A stretch of 64,000 nucleotides of DNA, taken from NCBI GenBank assembly GCA_918797485.1, contig CAKKNE010000001.1:4526001-4590000 (forward strand), in the 5' to 3' direction. The first letter of the stretch is position 1. Each line of letters opens with the position of its first letter. The translations under genes were made by a program, and so were the position numbers. Shown one piece after another: positions 30,037-38,953 of the stretch. Origin of the DNA: Pelagomonas calceolata (Eukaryota). The notes under the pieces were generated by a model. That model made no database searches and was not told the DNA's origin. It was given only the letters and a program-made list of their open reading frames with translations.

Positions 30037-31155
30037 TTAGCAGGGGAGTGCCTGGAAGAGCGCGGGCCGGATGTCGTCGGCACCGACCCCGCTGAGGTAG
30101 CACTTGGCTCGTGGGTCGGGGGGCCTGGGCAGCGTGGTCCGATTGGTAAAGCGGAGCAAGACGCCGAGCGTCGCGGCCTCGACCGTCTCTCGGCGGCCCA
30201 AGTTTTTGGTAGCCTCGCGGGTGAAGTGGCGCACGAAGCGGCCGCCGTAATTGAAGCGGTCGTAGTCGTCGTGCTTGAAGGTCTTCACGCCCGCGACGCG
30301 GCCGCGTCGGTTCGCGCGGCGTTCTAGCGCCCGGCGCATCATGACTTGATCGTTCACGATCTTCGCCTTGTTCCCGGACTCCCACTCGGCGTCCGCGTTC
30401 TGGTCGATTCCCGACTCATCGAGCTGGTCCAAGCAATCGGCCAGGATATCGTCGGCTTTCGTATTATTAAGATGGGCGAAGAACACCCCAAAATTGATGT
30501 GAAAATCGACGTCGCGGCCGCGCCGGTCGCTGCAGAACAGGAGCGCCCGGTCCGCGTATCTCGTCGCGAGGTCCTCGACCCAAAGGTTTTCATAGTCGAC
30601 AATTAAAGCATCGGCATCCAAAAACAACATCCACTGAAACGGCGTCGTGCGTCGCAGCGCGGCCCACAGCGCGAAGCGGTTGTAGACGGCCATCCAGGTC
30701 CGGTTCCCTCTGATAACCCCTTTGTAGCGCAGGTACGCGTGGCCGTACCGCCGCGCGTAGGCTTCATTGGCCACTTGGGTCAGATCCAGCAAGGCGTCGT
30801 TCGCGCCGCCAGCGCCGTCGCTGCACTGGACGATGATAATTTGCATGCGTTTCGGCGGAGGAGCTCCGAGGCACGCCCTTTCGCACGCCTCCCGCGTACT
30901 GAAGCGGTTCGCATTGCCGCCCAGGCCGCAGCCGCCGTAAATAAATTTCTCGCATCGTTTCGTAGCGGGGTTGTGGAACCAGCTTGGCATGTATGCCAAG
31001 CACTGACCCCCCTCCCAGGTGGGCATGTGCACGGAACAGACCGGCGCGGGGGGGCGACGCGCCGCGATCGGCCGCCTCCCCCAAAAGTAAAGTAAGGCAC
31101 CAGCCACCAACAACGCGACTCGCGACGACCGCTGCTTCGGCCAGCGAGACCGCAT
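30037..31155 (-). CDS. Type II membrane protein with Kunitz/BPTI domain and GT34 (GMA12/MNN10)-like glycosyltransferase domain
   Basis: Signal anchor; C...GQCLAYMPSWFHN...CEKFIYGGC...NANRFSTREACERAC; YARRYGH, WMLFLDADA, INFGVFF, NDQ. Confidence 0.8.
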   Translation of the reverse strand: MRSRWPKQRSSRVALLVAGALLYFWGRRPIAARRPPAPVCSVHMPTWEGGQCLAYMPSWFHNPATKRCEKFIYGGCGLGGNANRFSTREACERACLGAPPPKRMQIIIVQCSDGAGGANDALLDLTQVANEAYARRYGHAYLRYKGVIRGNRTWMAVYNRFALWAALRRTTPFQWMLFLDADALIVDYENLWVEDLATRYADRALLFCSDRRGRDVDFHINFGVFFAHLNNTKADDILADCLDQLDESGIDQNADAEWESGNKAKIVNDQVMMRRALERRANRRGRVAGVKTFKHDDYDRFNYGGRFVRHFTREATKNLGRRETVEAATLGVLLRFTNRTTLPRPPDPRAKCYLSGVGADDIRPALFQALPC

Positions 31156-31469
31156 CCTCAATACTCGGCCGTCGTGACCGCTTAAGTACTCTCCCTCGGG
31201 GTTTCGGTGGCGCAGAGGCAAGTAAAGCTGCCTCGACAATATTGAGCAATGCAGAGCAATGCCTGGCATGCTCGTGTCAAATCGGGTTTGCGATTTTAGC
31301 CGACGTAACGCGGATGAGCGCCTGCTGGTAATCTCAAAGACACCTCGGCGACGTATTGTAATCGGAGCGCACGACGTATAGTAGCCAAAAAAAGCTCCAA
31401 ACTCGGAGCTGTCTTGTTGACCAGCAGTTACGTCCGCAAGCATCAACGCAGCGCCGGCTCTCTCACGCA

Positions 31470-32033
31470 ATGACATCCCTCGACAACATAGTACAAGCAG
31501 AGATGGAGGCGGCCAAAACGGCGCCGCGCGCGGCGCCACCACCGCGACGACGATCAAACGGCGGCGCGGCGTGGGAGTCCACCGCCGACCGCATCGCGCG
31601 CGAAACCGCCGCGCGGGATCGCGGCGTCGGCGTCGACGCGCAGACCCTCGCGGCGCGACAAACCGAGACGTCGGACCTGCGAAAACAGGTCGCATCGGCG
31701 CTCGACGAGGAAAGAAAACGGGTCGCGAAGCGCGCCAAGGAGCTGGCAAGTGTGGAAGGTGAGTTAGCGAAATTAGCGACCAAAGAGCAGGCCGACGTCG
31801 CGACGCTCCGAGGCCGCCTCGAGGGCCTGTCGAAGCGCCTCGCCGCGGCGAACGCCGACGCGAAACGCAAGAAGGACGCCTACGAGGCCGCCGCTGCGAC
31901 GGCGTCAAGGCTCGAGCAAGAGAAAAAAGAACTACACGAGCACCTCGCGATGATGGTCTTGTCCTCCGAGCAACGGAAGGAGGACAAACTCAAGGAGCTC
32001 CTCGCCGCGATGGGGGCCACGGACGTAAGTTGA
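31470..32033 (+). CDS. Coiled-coil protein, RAB6-interacting golgin (GORAB)-like
   Basis: Heptad-rich; DVATLRGRLE and EKKELHEHL...SEQRKEDKLKEL resemble the GORAB family C-terminus. Confidence 0.65.
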   Translation: MTSLDNIVQAEMEAAKTAPRAAPPPRRRSNGGAAWESTADRIARETAARDRGVGVDAQTLAARQTETSDLRKQVASALDEERKRVAKRAKELASVEGELAKLATKEQADVATLRGRLEGLSKRLAAANADAKRKKDAYEAAAATASRLEQEKKELHEHLAMMVLSSEQRKEDKLKELLAAMGATDVS

Positions 32034-32045
32034 GACCTTTTCTAG

Positions 32046-33173
32046 TTACCCGTTTCCTCCACGCGCGCTGAGCGCCTCTCGCGACCCTCTCAGAGACCGC
32101 TCAAGTTCCACTACCATCGGATGCGCACGGCCGAAAACGCGCTGCGCGGTCCGTGCCGTGTCCTCGAGCTTCGTCACGGCCTCGCGGAGATCGTCGGGCG
32201 TGGCGCTGGTGTCCATGTAGAGCACATTCGCGTAAATCCACCTCATCCTGAGCGTGATCTCATGAGTCTCTCCCAAAATGCGTGGCGTCACGCGAATAAT
32301 TTTGCGCAGCAGTGACTTGGCTTCTTTGTAGCGTCGCAGAACAACAAGGGACGCTGCGTAGTTGTTGGCTGCCGTAAGGGTATAAGTATGCTCCACTCCA
32401 TGTGTCGTTAAACGCCCGAAGTACACGTCTTTCTGCATCTGCATGGCCTGTTCAAGCCGTCCAAGGTGTTGATACGTGAGTGCAAGATTGGTCTGCACGA
32501 CGAGTATGTTGCTTGTTGATGCGCCAAGGCGCCGCTTCATAGCCAACTCGGCCTCTCTCACGGACAGCGCGTCCTCGTGGTGTTTTGCAGCATCTAAACC
32601 GCTTCCAAGCACATTAATCGCACCTTGCCGAGGCCAATCCGTCTCCGACCGGCCCACGTACGTCTTCCAGCACGCCCACCCGACCGCGCACCCCACGTCA
32701 CCGTGGTAGCGTTGTTCGCACAAACTGCACCTGTCCCACCGCGCCCACCTCTCATCAAACACCTTATCGCTCAAATTGTTCTCCTCGGCCTCCGCGACCA
32801 AGATCTTCGCCTGCTCCGCCAAGCACGACACATGCGCGAAACCCGCCGTCCCGCGGCACGAGCACCCACGCACGAGGCCCTCCTTTGTTTTCCAATGGAG
32901 CGCCTGCGTGCAGATGTAGCACGTCTGGCCCTTGGTGTCCTCCGCGCACGCCTCCGCGGCGACCGTGACCGCCTCTGCGTACTTCTTATTTGCGTTGTAT
33001 TGCTCGGCGCCGCCTGCTTTTTTTATGGTCTTACAGAGCTTGTCGTGCCCGCCCTCTTCCCAGTGTTTTTTCTGGCATTCAGGCCCACAGTAGCGTGTGC
33101 TGCAGCGGCCGCATTTCTTGCCCAAGGTTAAGCCAAGCTCGGTAGCGCAGACGGCGCACTGCGTGAGGATCAT
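32046..33173 (-). CDS. MYND zinc finger + RING-variant + TPR (kinesin-light-chain-like) protein
   Basis: CAVC...CGRC..RYCGPECQKKHW...H..C; CYIC...CSCRG..GFAHVSCL...W..C.LC; TPR repeats with LG..H..TL. Confidence 0.88.
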   Translation of the reverse strand: MILTQCAVCATELGLTLGKKCGRCSTRYCGPECQKKHWEEGGHDKLCKTIKKAGGAEQYNANKKYAEAVTVAAEACAEDTKGQTCYICTQALHWKTKEGLVRGCSCRGTAGFAHVSCLAEQAKILVAEAEENNLSDKVFDERWARWDRCSLCEQRYHGDVGCAVGWACWKTYVGRSETDWPRQGAINVLGSGLDAAKHHEDALSVREAELAMKRRLGASTSNILVVQTNLALTYQHLGRLEQAMQMQKDVYFGRLTTHGVEHTYTLTAANNYAASLVVLRRYKEAKSLLRKIIRVTPRILGETHEITLRMRWIYANVLYMDTSATPDDLREAVTKLEDTARTAQRVFGRAHPMVVELERSLRGSREALSARGGNG

Positions 33174-33230
33174 CTTTATACGGTCAAGTCGCTCGGGGGG
33201 CAGCCCGCTCTTACTCCAAAAGGGGTCGGA

Positions 33231-33251
33231 GCTAGCGTATCGACACACTAG
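33231..33251. promoter_or_regulatory. Variant CTAG-pair motif
   Basis: gctagcgtatcgacacactag in a divergent gap; a similar variant lies at 6468-6491. Confidence 0.5.
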
Positions 33252-33380
33252 GATTTTACATCGGCAAACTGGCGCCGACAGCGCGTACGAGCGCCCAGGG
33301 CTGCCTCGCGCCACTATAAGCGTTCAAAAACGAACGAAGGGCTGCCCCCGACATCATCGACGCGCCTACGACAAATAACC

Positions 33381-35141
33381 ATGGTCAACCTCCACGCCCC
33401 CAAGCGGACCATCCCGCGCACGCGGCCGAAGAAGCAACCGAAAGCGGAGCCCAAGGACTCCATCCGGGCGCAGCTCGACCAGGCCCAGCAAGGGTTAGAT
33501 AGCATGCGGGAGCTCGTCGACGTTTTGGAGGCCGAGAACGTGTCCTTCGGTAGATATATTGAAAGTGCCAAAGGAAGTTCTAGTGACGAGGAACCGGAAC
33601 GCCAGCGGGGCGGCCTCGCGGACGACGGCGAGTCCTGCTTCCTGACGGGGCTGCACCACCCGGGCGTGTCGCCGATCGCGTCGCCCCGGCGCGTCGACGA
33701 GTCCGAGTCCGACACGGCGTCTTCCTCATCCTCGGAGTATGATGGAGAGGCGAAGCTCGAGGCGGCGATGTTGGATTGTGCCGTCGCCAAGCGAAAGGCC
33801 AAGCGGAACGCGCGGCGCGGCACTATCAAATTACGCGCGGACGACGAGCGCGAGGTCAAGTCGTATCAGGAATCGGTGGATAAGCTCAAAGCCGAAAGAA
33901 GGCGCAAGGAGGAGGACTTACAACCGAAGCCCATGGTGCGGACGGTGCACGACTGCCCCGAAGCGATTTCGAGGTTGGCCCGGCCCGAGCCGAGGCCCGA
34001 GCCACGAATCTACTCGGAACCCCAACCCACGTTCCAGGCGAAGCCCCTTCCAAAAACGTACGGCGCGCCCGCCGCGCGGAGCGGCACGATCGTCGAGCGC
34101 TCGCAAGCGTGGCTCGCGGAGAAGCGCGCGCTCCGCGACGCGGAGAGAGAAAGGAGGCGCAAGGAGAAGGAGGCGGAGGTGACGGCGAAGCCCCGGCTCG
34201 CGGACCCCGAGGCCTGGGCCAAGGCCAAGGACGAGGTTTCGACGCGGCGTCCTCGATGGCGTGGAGAGGTGCCCATACGCCATCGCCGCTGCCGAGCGAG
34301 TGCCGAGACGCCATCCAACCTTCGCGTCGATGGCGTGAATGGTGCCGAGACGCCATCGACGCGACACTACCTCACCGGTCGCACCGAGAGAACGCCATCG
34401 ACGCGACGCTACATCACACAGGCGCGGGCGGCGCGCGCCAAGGCGGAACTGGAAGAGCTCGAACGCGAACAGATGAAGGAACTGCGCGAAGCCAAGAAAG
34501 ATCAGCTCCGCCGGCAGAAGGCCGACGAGATCGCGGCCATGCGCGCGGCGCTGAAGGCCCAAGCGCAACAGCGCGCGGCGAAGCGGGGCAAGCGAAAGGA
34601 TGGACGCAGGGCCACGGACCCCACGAAGGCGTCGCGCTTGGCCGCGCACAAGCGCGCTTTGGTGCCGGAACAGGCGTCGACCGTGGCCGACGAGGAGGAG
34701 GAGCGGCCCGTGACGGCCGAGGACCCGTACCGCGGCCTCGAGCCCTTCCGCCTCAACTCCGCCGCGCTGCGCATCTTAGATGGAGAGCGGGGCTCGTCGG
34801 ACGACGAGGCGTCGATCGCGTCCGAGGCGCGGGAAGCCGCCGACCGGCTCGACGAGACGCTCGCGGCCTCGCCTGTGCGCGAGGAGGACGACGTGGGCTT
34901 CTTCGACCCGACGTCGTCGGAGGAGCGCGGCCGGAAGCGAGTCCGGGACGCGCGGTTGTTCGAGCCGTCAAGTATGCGGCGCGCCGTCGCCGAGGACGGC
35001 GTCGTGCTGCTGCTGGGCGAGCTGGCGGAGCACCCGCGCACGGAGCACGTCATCTGCGTGCTGTTTGATCGCTCCAAATTCTCGGAGCGGGCGGCGCTGC
35101 AGTGGTGGCGCGAGGGCGGGCGGGAGGTGTGTGAGCGGTAA
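33381..35141 (+). CDS. Hypothetical charged coiled-coil protein; exons 33381-34235 and 34422-35141
   Basis: Long ORF; a 62-codon repeat-rich insert bounded by GT...AG interrupts an EKR-rich helix. Confidence 0.7.
   Translation: MVNLHAPKRTIPRTRPKKQPKAEPKDSIRAQLDQAQQGLDSMRELVDVLEAENVSFGRYIESAKGSSSDEEPERQRGGLADDGESCFLTGLHHPGVSPIASPRRVDESESDTASSSSSEYDGEAKLEAAMLDCAVAKRKAKRNARRGTIKLRADDEREVKSYQESVDKLKAERRRKEEDLQPKPMVRTVHDCPEAISRLARPEPRPEPRIYSEPQPTFQAKPLPKTYGAPAARSGTIVERSQAWLAEKRALRDAERERRRKEKEAEVTAKPRLADPEAWAKAKDEVSTRRPRWRGEVPIRHRRCRASAETPSNLRVDGVNGAETPSTRHYLTGRTERTPSTRRYITQARAARAKAELEELEREQMKELREAKKDQLRRQKADEIAAMRAALKAQAQQRAAKRGKRKDGRRATDPTKASRLAAHKRALVPEQASTVADEEEERPVTAEDPYRGLEPFRLNSAALRILDGERGSSDDEASIASEAREAADRLDETLAASPVREEDDVGFFDPTSSEERGRKRVRDARLFEPSSMRRAVAEDGVVLLLGELAEHPRTEHVICVLFDRSKFSERAALQWWREGGREVCER
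34236..34421 (+). mobile_element. 186-nt in-frame intron with multiple copies of the introner core
   Basis: gag|gtttcg...cacacag|gcg; core at 34350-34365 and 34392-34407, inverted at 34322-34336. Confidence 0.78.
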
Positions 35142-35145
35142 CATT

Positions 35146-35487
35146 TTATGAATTAGTCTCCTCCGTTGAAGGTGCGAAGTGAACCCGCGTTGCTGTTGCG
35201 CGGTGTGCGGGCGATGGCGTCGGCATCGGCGCGACGGCGACGCGCTCGTCAACCACGGAACCGATGCTGGTGGGCGACGCGTTCACGTCGTCGTGCGGCG
35301 CGGCGCGCGGCGCGCGGAATTTGATCTCCCGCGACCTCAGCGCTCGCCGGTCGGACCGCGGCGACTGGGCATCCTCGCCCGACGTCGCAGAGTCACCCGT
35401 TACGCTCTCTGAGAGGGCTAGGAGGGATGGCTCTCCGGGGTGTTCATCACTGTAGCCACTGACGCGACAAGGAATTGAGTTCCCCAT
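35146..35487 (-). CDS. Small hypothetical protein with possible N-myristoylation start
   Basis: MGNSIPC start; stop abuts the stop of the convergent gene. Confidence 0.4.
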   Translation of the reverse strand: MGNSIPCRVSGYSDEHPGEPSLLALSESVTGDSATSGEDAQSPRSDRRALRSREIKFRAPRAAPHDDVNASPTSIGSVVDERVAVAPMPTPSPAHRATATRVHFAPSTEETNS

Positions 35488-35572
35488 CGTAGACAGGGTG
35501 AACGCCGTGCCGTAAAGGGCTCAAACGCGTTTACGTCGCTCGGCGGAATCGCGAGAAACTGCGGCGTGTGCT

Positions 35573-36762
35573 GTGAGCTTGCTGATGGGACAAAAAACGC
35601 ATTCGTCCTACGACGCGACGCACGCCAATACGTTAAATGCGTCGATGGCGTCGTTACGAAAATACATGAAACGCGTGAGTGAGACGGACGTGATAGTATG
35701 GCACGAGGGCGACCTCACGCGCGACGACGCGAACGCGCTCGACGGCGCGACGAACGTGCGGTTTTGTCTATTACGGAAAGAAACAGGATGGGGCCGCCCG
35801 CCCTGGCTCAAGAAGATGCCACCCTCGCAATTCTCGGCAGGCTACCGCTTCATGATCCGCTTTTATGCGGTCACGATCTGGCCCACTTTAGATAGATTGG
35901 GCTACGAGTGGGTCATGCGCATGGACGACGACTCCTTCTTCCTGTCGCCCGTGCCGTACAATATTTTTGAGGACATACGTCGTAGAGGAGCTCTCTATGC
36001 CTACCGTACTTTATCGAGGGAATGCCCCGTGATCTTCGGCGACTTTGTGGAAGATTTTGTCGAGTACGTCTCACAAACGCAGCGTCGATTGGCGTCGATG
36101 CGCCGGCTGCTGGGTCCGAGGCGGAAGCAGCCCGGCGTCTCCTATAAACCGTGGTACTGCCCGGGGCCCGGGCGGCTGGGCTTCTACAACAATTGGTTCG
36201 TGACGAAGATTTCCTGGTGGCTCGAGGATCATCGCGTCGCGGCCCGTGCTGAATCGTCGCGTCGATGGCGTATCACTGGTTGATTTATGCGCAGGTCGCG
36301 GCGCTCATCGGCGCCTTCGACCGCTCGAACCTGATCTTCACGCGGCGGAGCAACGATCTCATCTTCCAGACGGCGGCGATCAAGCTCTTCCTGCCGAAGG
36401 CGCGGCGGCGGCGCTACGCGGACTTCTCGTACCAGCATCATACCATAACGAACGGCGCCGTGCTCTACGGCGGCATCGAGAGCGGCTGGCGCGACCGCCG
36501 GGCGCGGCACACGCTCCGGGCCTACGCGCACAAGCACGTCGGCGCGCACCGGGATCGAGACCCGGCGACGGGTCTCCGGACGAATTGGACGACGCCGGAC
36601 CTGAGGGTGCGGAGCTGCCACGTCCAGGAGCATGTTGACGGCCCGTTCCGGCCGACGTACTACGTCGCGCCGCCGCACGACGCGACGCAGGCGCATCGCC
36701 AGCGGCCGCCCAATTTCATCGCGCCCTTCTGCGGGCCGGGGCGCCGGACGGCTCTCGAGTGA
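35573..36762 (+). CDS. GT15 (KRE2/KTR-like) alpha-mannosyltransferase; intron 36236-36294; 5' end uncertain
   Basis: GYRFMIRFY, YEWVMRMDDDSF, FYNNWFVTKISWW, IFTRRSND, Y.H motifs spread over two frames joined by the intron. Confidence 0.8.
36236..36294 (+). mobile_element. 59-nt introner element with 8-bp target-site duplication
   Basis: gtcgcggc at 36236-36243 and 36295-36302; phase-0 GT-AG; inverted core at 36256-36271. Confidence 0.85.
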
Positions 36763-36926
36763 TAAGTTGGTCAGAAATACCCACATAGTCACTGGTGGAA
36801 CGCGTGTCCATCAGTCTCCTGCACGCGATAAGCGTCACTCGCGAGGCCTCCCGTGGAGTAGGGGGTCGAGCGCCGCTCGAACTTGGAAGGGGACGTGCCG
36901 CCGTCGACGCGCAGCTGCCTCGCACG

Positions 36927-37736
36927 ATGGACGGCTTATCCGTGGGTGGCGCGACCATCCCGCAGCCCCTCGAGGGCATCCTCGCGGCTGTGCGCAACCC
37001 GAATGGCGCGACGGTGACGCGCAAAGAGAGTAAGACCTCGATGCGCCTGCGCAAGAACGGCGTGCTCCCGTACCAGGCCGCCGTCTGGTGCGCCGAGACG
37101 GTCGGCGACCGCGTCCGCGTGACGCGGCCGTGCGCGGGCTGGCTCGACAAGGCGGACATTATCGAAGGGCAGATCGTCGTCGTCTCCGCGGCGGGCGGCG
37201 CGACGTGCCGCAAGGACCTGGAGCTAGACAGCGACGTGGTGGCGGAGCTGGCGACGGACTCGCGGGTCTTCGTCACGGAGCAGGACGAGACGCGCGACGG
37301 CAAGCTGCGCGCCAAGGTCTTCTCGCCCGTCGAGGGCTGGGTCTCGGTCAAGTGCCTCGCGCCGATCTGCGACCGCTCCGGTAATTTATTAGCGGCGGGC
37401 AAGGCCATCCTCGAGCCGGCCGACGTGAACGACAAGCAGGTCCATTACTCGCACTACGTCGAGATCAACCACGAGGCCATGTACAAGGCGCTCTGGGACT
37501 CGGGGCTCCAGTACGGCCCGGGCTTCCGCCTCTGCAAGAAGGCCTACCGCACGGACACGGACGCCGTCGGCGTCGTCGGCCCGCTGCCGGGCGAGGCCGT
37601 CGGCTGGCTCGTGCACCCGGCGCTCGCGGACTCGATGCTCCACCTCACGGCCGTCGCGCCCAAGCCGCCGGAGGGCGGCTGGCCCTGGATGTCCGACGAC
37701 GAGAAGAACGGCGTCGTCCCGGGCGTCACGGACTAG
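36927..37736 (+). CDS. SH3-like repeat protein with C-terminal PKS dehydratase (hot-dog) half-domain
   Basis: RVRVTRPCAGW and RAKVFSPVEGWVS repeats; MYKALWDSGLQYGPGFR and HPALADSMLH. Confidence 0.68.
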   Translation: MDGLSVGGATIPQPLEGILAAVRNPNGATVTRKESKTSMRLRKNGVLPYQAAVWCAETVGDRVRVTRPCAGWLDKADIIEGQIVVVSAAGGATCRKDLELDSDVVAELATDSRVFVTEQDETRDGKLRAKVFSPVEGWVSVKCLAPICDRSGNLLAAGKAILEPADVNDKQVHYSHYVEINHEAMYKALWDSGLQYGPGFRLCKKAYRTDTDAVGVVGPLPGEAVGWLVHPALADSMLHLTAVAPKPPEGGWPWMSDDEKNGVVPGVTD

Positions 37737-37777
37737 ATTTTTCCTCCCCTCCCCCCCGCTGTAACGATCACAAAAAG

Positions 37778-38800
37778 TTAAGACACGAGCTCGCAGCCGG
37801 CGTCCTCGCCGGCGCCCGTGCACCGCGCGGTCCAGTCGCGGAGCGGCCCGCTCAGTAAGTCCGGGTCCCGCGGGCAGGCAACTTTGCAGCGCGGGTCATG
37901 GAGAGCCTTGAACAATAACTTCGCCTCGGGGCACGCGTCCAGCAGCCGCGTCCGGTTCGCGTGGGGCATCGTCCGCATCAAATGGTAGACGCCGACGGGC
38001 GTCTCTCCTATATCGTAGGTCTCCTCGACCGCGAATCGCCGAGACACGTCTTTGGGGGCGAGACGCGCGTTCGTCCCGCCAAGTGCGCGCACGAACAGCA
38101 TGTCCTCGTTGCCCTTAGTAGGGGGCACGAAGCCTCCGTCGAATAGCGCCACGAGCGCGGCCCGGTTGCGCAGCGACAGCGCGCCGTTGCCGCCTTTGGA
38201 GTGCGGCGTACCCGGCTTGGCCCACTTCCAGGGCGCACCGACCCAGTCGTACGGAGCGAAGGCCGGGGCATCCAGCGGCAAGGCCGCCGACGCGCATAGT
38301 ACCGTGGTGCCGGGTTCGAACCATAATACGCGGTCAAATCGGATATTGCGCCAGAAGTCCGCACTCAACAGGAGTGCCCGCTGCGAGAGGCCCGCGATGC
38401 TTGATGATAACGGCGCGGCGTCGACGCCGCGGAGGCCGTCGATGGCGTGCACTATGCGACCCACGGCGGTCGTGTGTTTTTCCTGCGGCCGATAGTAGAC
38501 GTCGACGCCGCCCCACGTGGATGGAAGTTTGCTCGCGACCAGGGCCAGTTGCGCTGCGACGACCGCCGCGTTATTGCGCGGTCCGATCACGGTCACGGCG
38601 CCAGCGTTCACTTGCGTAGGCGTCGAAGCGACCGCTGGCGCCGTTGCGTCGGTGGACCAATGCGGCAGCTCTTGTGCGGACCAATGCGCATTTAAATGCC
38701 AGTGGGCGGGCAGCCAGCCAATCACAATGCCTGCAATGAACACCAAGCTCGTCCGCACGCACGAGCAGCGCGATCGCTCGCCAGCGCGACGTCGGCGCAT
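37778..38800 (-). CDS. DUF5672-like glycosyltransferase-family protein
   Basis: Signal anchor; S.DFW, YDWVGAPW, GGNGALSLR, NEDMLF, FAVE, G.YH. Confidence 0.75.
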   Translation of the reverse strand: MRRRRAGERSRCSCVRTSLVFIAGIVIGWLPAHWHLNAHWSAQELPHWSTDATAPAVASTPTQVNAGAVTVIGPRNNAAVVAAQLALVASKLPSTWGGVDVYYRPQEKHTTAVGRIVHAIDGLRGVDAAPLSSSIAGLSQRALLLSADFWRNIRFDRVLWFEPGTTVLCASAALPLDAPAFAPYDWVGAPWKWAKPGTPHSKGGNGALSLRNRAALVALFDGGFVPPTKGNEDMLFVRALGGTNARLAPKDVSRRFAVEETYDIGETPVGVYHLMRTMPHANRTRLLDACPEAKLLFKALHDPRCKVACPRDPDLLSGPLRDWTARCTGAGEDAGCELVS

Positions 38801-38953
38801 CGCTGGTCGCTTATGAAGGTGTCATTTCCATCGATGCGAGCTATGGGCAGCCTTGCATGCCCTGTGCTCCGCCGGGTGCTTGCTAGTGTGTATCACCTAG
38901 GGAAACTCTATGATCTACAAAACCAGGGGAGGGGTCTTGGGGGACGAAGCGCC

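Noticed and set aside
31156..31908. N-terminal extension of the Kunitz-GT ORF to 623 aa
   Set aside because: It is antisense to the GORAB-like gene and crosses the divergent intergenic gap; the ATG at 31155 gives a normal type II anchor.
15226..38800. Four glycosyltransferase-like genes as a biosynthetic cluster
   Set aside because: Spread over 23 kb among unrelated housekeeping genes; no evidence of co-regulation.
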